Part shown: piece after piece, positions 56,540 through 64,000 of the stretch
Numbering within the stretch: the stretch's first letter is position 1
Layout of the letters: the number at the start of each line of letters is the position of its first letter
DNA from: Macrostomum lignano
Taxonomy: Eukaryota
Direction of reading: 5' to 3'
Length of the DNA stretch: 64,000 nucleotides
Assembly: GCA_002269645.1 (NCBI GenBank)
Contig: NIVC01003292.1
Location: 42,199 to 106,198 of the forward strand
The notes under the pieces: generated by a model
Database searches by the model: none
What the model saw: only the letters and a program-made list of their open reading frames with translations
Told to the model about the DNA's origin: nothing
Program-made: the position numbers and the translations under genes

Positions 56540-58240
56540 CATATGTAAACACATCAAGCATTCATATGTAAACACATCAAGCATTCTTATGTAAACACAT
56601 CAAGCATTCATATGTAAACACATCAAGCATTCTTATGTAAACACATCAAGCATTCTTATGTAATGTAAACACATCAAGCATTCATATGTAAACACATCAA
56701 GCATTCTTATGTAAACACATCAAGCATTCTTATGTAATGTAAACACATCAAGCATTCATATGTAAACACATCAAGCATTCTTATGTAAACACATCAAGCA
56801 TTCATATGTAAACACATCAAGCATTCATATGTAAACACATCAAGCATTCTTATGTAATGTAAACACATCAAGCATTCATATGTAAACACATCAAGCATTC
56901 TTATGTAAACACATCAAGCATTCATATGTAAACACATCAAGCATTCTTATGTAAACACATCAAGCATTCTTATGTAAACACATCAAGCATTCTTATGTAA
57001 ACACATCAAGCATTCTTATGTAAACACATCAAGCATTCTTATGTAATGTAAACACATCAAACATTCATATGTAAACACATCAAGCATTCTTATGTAAACA
57101 CATCAAGCATTCTTATGTAATGTAAACACATCAAGCATTCATATGTAAACACATCAAGCATTCTTATGTAAACACATCAAGCATTCATACGTAAACACAT
57201 CAAGCATTCTTACCCTGGTATGTAATGTAAACACATCAAGCATTCATATGTAAACACATCAAGCATTCTTATGTAAACACATCAAGCATTCTTATGTAAA
57301 CACATCAAGAATCCAGTCATAAACAAATTAAGCATTCATAAATCAACAATTGAAACAGCCAGTCATAAACACATCAAAAATCCAGTCATAAACACATCAA
57401 ACATCCAGTCATAAACACATCAAACATCCAGTCATAAACACATCAAGCAGCCAGTCATAAACACATCAAACATTCAGTCATAAACACACCAAGCAGCCAG
57501 TCATAAACACACCAAGCAGCCAGTCATAAACACATCAAACAGCCAGTCATAAACACATCAAACAGATCAAACAGCCAGTCATAAACACATCAAACAGATC
57601 AAACAGCCAGTCATAAACACATCAAACATCCGGTCATAAACACATCAAACATTCAGTCATAAACACACCAAGCAGCCAGTCATAAACACATAAAAAATCC
57701 GGTCATAAACACATCAAACAGATCAAACAGCCAGTCATAAACACATCAAAAATCCGGTCATAAACACATCAAACAGATCAAACAGCCAGTCATAAACACA
57801 TCAAGCAGCCAGTCATAAACACATCAAACATCCAGTCATAAACACATCAAACATCCAGTCATAAACACATCAAACATCCAGTCATAAACACATCAAACAT
57901 CCAGTCATAAACACATCAAAAATCCAGTCATAAACACATCAAACATCCAGTCATAAACACACCAAGCAGCCAGTCATAAACACATCAAACAGATCAAACA
58001 GCCAGTCATAAACACATCAAACAGATCAAACAGCCAGTCATAAACACATCAAACATTCAGTCATAAACACATCAAACATTCAGTCATAAACACACCAAGC
58101 AGCCAGTCATAAACACATCAAACATTCAGTCATAAACACATCAAACATCCAGCCATAAAAACATCAAAGATTTAGTCATAAACAAATTAAGCAGTCATAT
58201 AAAAACACATTAAACAGCCAGTCTTAAACACAATAAAAGC
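56540..58240. repeat. Compound 23-bp minisatellite: ATGTAAACACATCAAGCATTCTT (to ~57310), then CCAGTCATAAACACATCAAACAT
   Basis: Two abutting arrays share the core TAAACACATCAA. Confidence 0.92.
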
Positions 58241-58414
58241 ATTCAGTTATAAACACAAGCTGTATCTAAGTGCATAAAACAGTGGTAGCTTCTCAGTCGA
58301 AACTGTGTACATCAGGGATCAGTAAACAGTACGTATTGTCTCCAAGCCATCAGGTCTGTTTAGTCATAAAATCAATTAGCTACTTCAAAACATCCGAGAC
58401 AGACCGCTATCGTG

Positions 58415-59539
58415 TCAGAAGAACGCAATAGACTGGTCAGAGGTTTCAAAAACTGACGCGGAGTCTCGACAAGCGAACCGATCTGACAGCCTGGACACGG
58501 TGCTGATCTGAGCGCAGGTGCATCGTCGCAGGCGACGAGGAACGTTCGAGTTCAACGCTTGACGTACAGCAGCCTCGGCAGGATTATTCGAAGATTTCAT
58601 TTCGGATTCGTTTGAGTCGACTGACGTTCGGGTCGCTCGAGTATTGTCCAGATCTTCGTCGTCCTCTTCGTCGTCTAAGTCGAGATCTTCGTCAAGATCT
58701 TCCACCTGCTGCTCGTCGTCAGCGCCCTGACGATCGGAAGTCCTGCGGCAGCCGCACTCGGTGCAGAGTCCGGCCCTCTGAGTGAGTGAGTGATGGACTG
58801 ACTGACTGACTGACTGACTGACTGACTGACTGACTGACTGACTGACTGACTGACTGACTGACTGACTGACTGACTGACTGACTGACTGACTGACTGACTG
58901 ACTGACTGACTGATTTACCAGCCCAGAACGAACCTGCTGAGCCGCACTCCCCACAGCGGACGCAATCGAGTAGGACGACAGTTCACCAGCCGGAGTCTCC
59001 GTTGTCTGAGTCGCGTCATCCTCGCAGTCGTCATCCTCGTCATCAGCGTCCCAGCAGCCTTGTCTGGAGGACCCTGCACCTCCTGTCGCTATGAGCTTCT
59101 CCTCATCCATGTCTTTCATGCGTCGTGTAACGTACAGGCCACACAAGAAGACTCCGGCAATTAAGCAGAGACCGAAAGCTGAGCACAGCAGAGCCAAGGT
59201 CTCAAACAGGCCCAGCTGTCGTCTTCCGCTGCCAGCAGTCGAAGGCCGAGCGTCAGGCAGCGGGGTCGCCAGAGTCGAGTTGCCATCAGACAGCTCGTCG
59301 GCTCCCCCAGCTTTGGCACCACCGCTGCCGCTGTTGAACACGAAGCTGATCAGAAAGACAACGCTTGCGATTGAGGACAGGACAAAGCCGATGTAGAACA
59401 GCTTCTGCGCTCCGGCGCAATCCGACTTGTAATTGTAGGGCGGCGGCGTCAGCAAACGAAGCTTGCGTCGTCCGCGACGTCGGCCCCGATCGATGAGTCG
59501 GCGAAGTCGCGGCAACGACTGGAGCTGAGGTCGACGCAT
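58415..59539 (-). CDS. Uncharacterised two-TM membrane protein with acidic C-terminus (~327 aa spliced); exons 59539-58919 and 58777-58415
   Basis: Long GC-rich ORF with two hydrophobic helices (LFYIGFVLSSIASVVFLISFVF; LALLCSAFGLCLIAGVFLCGLYV), a PPPY motif and D/E-rich tracts. An in-frame GTAAAT...CTCAG intron removes the (CAGT)n tract. Confidence 0.7.
   Translation of the reverse strand: MRRPQLQSLPRLRRLIDRGRRRGRRKLRLLTPPPYNYKSDCAGAQKLFYIGFVLSSIASVVFLISFVFNSGSGGAKAGGADELSDGNSTLATPLPDARPSTAGSGRRQLGLFETLALLCSAFGLCLIAGVFLCGLYVTRRMKDMDEEKLIATGGAGSSRQGCWDADDEDDDCEDDATQTTETPAGELSSYSIASAVGSAAQQVRSGLVNQSVSQSVSQSVSQSVSQSVSQSVSQSVSQSVSQSVSQSVHHSLTQRAGLCTECGCRRTSDRQGADDEQQVEDLDEDLDLDDEEDDEDLDNTRATRTSVDSNESEMKSSNNPAEAAVRQALNSNVPRRLRRCTCAQISTVSRLSDRFACRDSASVFETSDQSIAFF
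58790..58913. repeat. (TGAC)n microsatellite
   Basis: About 30 perfect units. Confidence 0.97.
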
Positions 59540-60498
59540 TTCGTTTCGCGAACCGCCCCCCTCCCTAAACTGGCTTCAACCTGCTGGGATTAAAAAGAAG
59601 AGAAGTTTCTGCTGCGTGTTTTGAAGCGGCTTTCTGCTTTTGAGAGGGACAGGGCTGCTGCTGCTGCTGCTGCTGAGTGCTCCGTCTCGGGAGCAGCCAA
59701 TGAGCTTGGCTTGCATCCCCTATTTCTGCTTTTCTCCTAGTCCCACTCTCTACACTTCTCAGAGAGTAGCCTTGCGTTTCGTTTACCCTTATTCTGTTTG
59801 CTTGTTAACCATTTGGCTTTAGTGTGCACTGTTGCAATAAAGTTGGTAGCTGTACTTGACTTTGCATGCAGCCGTACCTGTTGCAGCTTCTGGGTCTAAT
59901 CTCTGGGCTATTTTAGTCTTAAATTTACGAAAACTCATCACGAGAAAACGTTTGTGCTCTTACAAAATTGTTTCATCTAAAGACAAATCGGGATAATTGG
60001 TCATTCATTTAGTTCGAGCAAATATCTTCTGCTAGGCTAATATGGACTCGTGTGTGGTCATAAATTATCAGAAAATTGGGGTTTTTTAGGCAAGCCAGAA
60101 AGGCTGGCAACCCAATAAATCTGTCTTGTTCAGGAGAGAGAGTGTGCAGACTAGTCTAAATTGATGTCATGCATGTAGTTTACTATAGAATATAAAGTGC
60201 AAGTAAGTAATCCGACATATCATTCGTACTGCAAGTTATACTGCAAGATTTCGAAGTAAATGTCTAGCTCGCTACTTCCAGTAGAGCCGACCGTTTTTTG
60301 CAAAGATTTTTTATACAATGTTTATTCGGCAATAAAGAGATAATACTTACAGAGTAGTTTGCTCAACCAATAAATTTGACAATGGCTAAAACGATTTGCT
60401 TTCAACAAACACCATTAGCGATATCAGCATAAAATGAGGGAAGTTGCTAAAAACTTCACTGTTAGGTAAGGATCGTCTGTACCTGCAGACAGGGGGAG

Positions 60499-62121
60499 AT
60501 GCTGTCCGAAGCCCTGACTAAATACGCAGGCGAGGCCAGCACCCACTGCCTCTCCAGGCTGGCTGGTGGCAGACCCGGCTACGTCAGGGCCTTCTGGTTT
60601 GTCACGCTTCTGGCGTCTGTGACTCTCTGCTCAATTCGTATGCGCAACGCTTTTGAAAGCTACTCTAAAAACAGTCTAAAGACGACTTTTAGAGCCAATG
60701 AGCTTGATTTTAGATTCCCGGATATCTACTTTTGCAATGAGATTCCAATTTCTGGTAGTTACTCGGTGATGCTCAGCGCCGCGGACGCCGAACTGCTGAG
60801 TCGTTACCGCCAGCTGGTCAACGCAAGCATCGAAGGATTTCCGCACCAAAATAGGGTTGGGAACTACAACATCAGATTAGTGAACACGCTGCCGTTCAAC
60901 TTTCTAGCCGACAAAATGGCGCACAAATCCGACCAGCTGGTTGTGTCGTACTACTTCAACGGAAATTTCACGCCTCAGCTTCGCACGCTGAGGCATGCCG
61001 ACCATTTGAACTGTTTCAAGCTAGATTTGACGGAGTCGGACATTCGAGCTCTGCAAAGTCCTACCAGCTACATGCAGATCGGCTTGTTCTTGGACCCGCT
61101 GCTTCCAAAGCCATTTGACAACTCTACTGAGCAGGACTTGTTTTACTACGGTAGCTCGAGGATCAACGTAAAACCAGTTGACTGGAGTTTCAGCTTCGGC
61201 GTCGATTTTTTTCAAGCCAGCGGCATCCAACTGTTCATTGTGCCTCAGTATGAGTATCCCAGCAGGTGGGGTCATTCTTTTCGCATTGGACCAGGCCAGC
61301 ACCACAAGCTGTCAATCAGCATGCAGGAAACCGTCTACGACGACGAAGTGAGTGACAGATGCTTTGGAAGAAGCAATGCCAATACTGGGGCCTTTCTGAA
61401 CCCCTACTCTGGCGACAGGCAGAAGTTCAGAAACACTCCGATCGTGTGCTGGTACCGAGAAATTGTCAGACTATCCATGGAGCGATTCGGCTGCGTTTTA
61501 GAGCGAATTCCGCTTCCCTGGGAACACAGATGGGCGCCGTACTGCTTCAACATAACGCAGTTCCCAGCTAGTTTAAACGTCTCCAGAGAGGGGATACTTG
61601 AAAGAGAGCGAATACTTTTCAACGCGACCAGAAAGTGCTCCGAAATGGCCGCCTGTCGGCAGAGATCATACAGCTACACTTATTCATCCAGCCTTTGGCC
61701 GACCGAACGGGTTTGGAGATCGTATTTGCGAGAACAAATATTAGAGAAGATTTCGATGGCCAACGGACCAACCCCCGGACTCTCCTACCTAGTGGACAAT
61801 GCCACTATGCAGCAGGTTCGCGATTCTCTACTGCTGCTGGAAATCTCATCGGCTGAATTCCGCAGCAATTTGGTGTTGCTGTCACTCGACTACAGTTTCG
61901 ATGCATTGGTTGCGAATGTCGGCGGCCTGCTGGGTTTGTTCCTTGGCATGTCGCTGCTGTCGGCTCTGGAGCTGCTGGAGCTGCTACACGACTGCTGCCT
62001 GATTGCCTGGCAACGGGTTCAACAACGAACAAAGCGAAGAACGGCGGATGAGACCGTTGACGTGGCCAACTCTACGACTTGCTCCGAGATTTCTGGAGTA
62101 TGGGCAGCAAAAGCAGAATGA
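60499..62121 (+). CDS. Intronless DEG/ENaC (ASIC-like) ion channel subunit, 540 aa
   Basis: TM1 (AFWFVTLLASVTLCS), post-TM1 FPDIYFCN (cf. FPAVTxCN), Cys-containing ectodomain, and TM2 LVANVGGLLGLFLGMSLLSALE with a GxS selectivity filter. Confidence 0.9.
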   Translation: MLSEALTKYAGEASTHCLSRLAGGRPGYVRAFWFVTLLASVTLCSIRMRNAFESYSKNSLKTTFRANELDFRFPDIYFCNEIPISGSYSVMLSAADAELLSRYRQLVNASIEGFPHQNRVGNYNIRLVNTLPFNFLADKMAHKSDQLVVSYYFNGNFTPQLRTLRHADHLNCFKLDLTESDIRALQSPTSYMQIGLFLDPLLPKPFDNSTEQDLFYYGSSRINVKPVDWSFSFGVDFFQASGIQLFIVPQYEYPSRWGHSFRIGPGQHHKLSISMQETVYDDEVSDRCFGRSNANTGAFLNPYSGDRQKFRNTPIVCWYREIVRLSMERFGCVLERIPLPWEHRWAPYCFNITQFPASLNVSREGILERERILFNATRKCSEMAACRQRSYSYTYSSSLWPTERVWRSYLREQILEKISMANGPTPGLSYLVDNATMQQVRDSLLLLEISSAEFRSNLVLLSLDYSFDALVANVGGLLGLFLGMSLLSALELLELLHDCCLIAWQRVQQRTKRRTADETVDVANSTTCSEISGVWAAKAE

Positions 62122-62480
62122 AGCAACGCTCAGTTAATTAGGAAAATCTCATTGGGAATAACTAATGACAGTTTAAGCACTTTGAAGCGTATTAAACCGA
62201 CCGTTGACTTGACGCGAGTTTCGAGTGTATAGCAACCTTCTGCTTTACCTGTCCTGAGTTAAACTTTAAAGCAACTACTCTAATTTCATAACACAATTTT
62301 TGAGTTTCATCCAATTAGTTTGAAAGTTTAAGCGAGCAGAAGTGACTAGCAATAGTATTTTGATAACGTGACATTTCGAGCTTGTGTGAGAGTGATCAAA
62401 CCTTTTTTTATTTTTCTACCATATGAAGTTTCGAGTTCCTGAAAAATGACTCGAAACTTAAAAAATGAATTGCGAGCTTT

Positions 62481-63292
62481 TGAAATGTCGAGGTTGTGAA
62501 ATGTCGAGGTTGTGAAATGTCGAGGTTGTGAAATGTCGAGGTTGTGAAATGTCGAGGTTGTGAAATGTCGAGGTTGTGAAATGTCGAGGTTGTGAAATGT
62601 CGAGGTTGTGAAATGTCGAGGTTGTGAAATGTCGAGGTTGTGAAATGTCGAGGTTGTGAAATGTCGAGGTTGTGAAATGTCGAGGTTGTGAAATGTCGAG
62701 GTTGTGAAATGTCGAGGTTGTGAAATGTCGAGGTTGTGAAATGTCGAGGTTGTGAAATGTCGAGGTTGTGAAATGTCGAGGTTGTGAAATGTCGAGGTTG
62801 TGAAATGTCGAGGTTGTGAAATGTCGAGGTTGTGAAATGTCGAGGTTGTGAAATGTCGAGGTTATGAAATGTCGAGGTTGTGAAATGTCGAGGTTGTGAA
62901 ATGTCGAGGTTGTGAAATGTCGAGGTTGTGAAATGTCGAGGTTGTGAAATGTCGAGGTTGTGAAATGTCGAGGTTGTGAAATGTCGAGGTTGTGAAATGT
63001 CGAGGTTGTGAAATGTCGAGGTTGTGAAATGTCGAGGTTGTGAAATGTCGAGGTTGTGAAATGTCGAGGTTGTGAAATGTCGAGGTTGTGAAATGTCGAG
63101 GTTGTGAAATGTCGAGGTTGTGAAATGTCGAGGTTGTGAAATGTCGAGGTTGTGAAATGTCGAGGTTGTGAAATGTCGAGGTTGTGAAATGTCGAGGTTG
63201 TGAAATGTCGAGGTTGTGAAATGTCGAGGTTGTGAAATGTCGAGGTTGTGAAATGTCGAGGTTGTGAAATGTCGAGGTTGTGAAATGTCGAG
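62481..63292. repeat. 16-bp near-perfect minisatellite (TGAAATGTCGAGGTTG)
   Basis: About 51 units; only one substitution seen (62864). Confidence 0.97.
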
Positions 63293-63755
63293 TCGCATCT
63301 TCTGCCTTAAGTGACTAAACCTGTAGAATGATTTTTGTATCGGCTTTCTTCAATAGTAAATCTTTTTTTAAACTGCCCCAGCCTCTGAATATCTGCTTTA
63401 GATGATAAAATCTTTCTATTTATTCTTCTATCTGCGCAAATTTTTGACGTGGCAAATTTCACGCTTTTGCTTGATAATCCAGATAATCTAATATACTCTA
63501 CAGTCGCGAGCTTACGCTGAGCTTGCTCAAATTAAACAGGACACGCAAGTCTCTTGGCTTAGTTCAGCTTCGAATTGATTAGACGATCGATTAAAATTTG
63601 TTTAAAGAGAGAGAAATGATTAATGCAACCGGATCGCACAAGTCATATTTACCGAGCTAAAAACGCCCAGTTAATGCATCTAGTCAAACAGAGATCATTA
63701 TTGATAAAATCAATAGTCCCATGCTGCAGCCAGGCAGAATCAACTCAGATCAACA

Positions 63756-64000
63756 ATGCTGTCAGAAGCGCTGAAAAACTTTGCCACGGACGCTACGACT
63801 CACAGTCTCGCTCGCTGTCGAGCGACAGACCAGTCTACATCAAAGCCTTCTGGCTGCTTGCGTTCCTAACATTTCTGTGTCTGTGCTGTACAAGAATCGC
63901 GAGTTTTACCACACTTTTCAACGAGGCGATTTGAAAACTACCATTCGAGCAGATCAAGTCAAGTTGAATTCCAGACATTTACATCTGGCAATGAAAATCC
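63756..64000 (+). pseudogene. 5' end of a second DEG/ENaC paralog, frameshifted (pseudogene or sequencing indels), truncated by the window edge
   Basis: Pieces in different frames read MLSEALKNFATDATTHSLAR / SDRPVYIKAFWLLAFLTFLCLCC / LKTTIRA / PDIYI..NE. They align with MLSEALTKYAGEASTHCLSR...RPGYVRAFW...LKTTFRA...FPDIYFCNE of the upstream gene. Confidence 0.75.

Noticed and set aside
62408-63298. 296-aa ORF of LDISQPRHFTTSTFHN repeats
   Set aside because: It is three 16-bp units read as a 16-aa repeat, with no synonymous variation or other coding signature.

Overview
Eukaryotic (invertebrate animal) genomic DNA: GC-rich exons with GT-AG introns in an AT-rich background saturated with minisatellites. 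The style suggests a Macrostomum-like flatworm; this is inference and cannot be proven from the window. Genes, with splice phases checked by hand: (1) the 3' part of a FERM + PTP gene of the PTPN14/PTPN21 (Pez) type, with a degenerate catalytic domain (335-8251, +); (2) a secreted WSC + PAN/apple-like protein (13543-14884, +); (3) a complete 18-exon fused NADH-glutamate synthase (18940-48727, +, about 2152 aa); (4) a 3-exon animal-type alpha-amylase with a C-terminal extension domain, and a candidate single-TM protein, both nested antisense in intron 15 of gene 3; (5) a 2-TM protein whose single in-frame intron is almost entirely microsatellite (58415-59539, -); (6) an intronless DEG/ENaC channel (60499-62121, +) and the frameshifted start of a paralog at the window end. 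A tRNA-derived SINE occurs in three copies, one with a 15-bp target-site duplication (TSD). About 30 distinct tandem arrays are present, and 23 of 26 introns carry at least one. No CRISPR array, rRNA or true tRNA gene was seen. No self-contained novel system can be proven. The strongest unexplained structure is the one-satellite-per-intron architecture, with recurring sequence cores and splice-site-like units.
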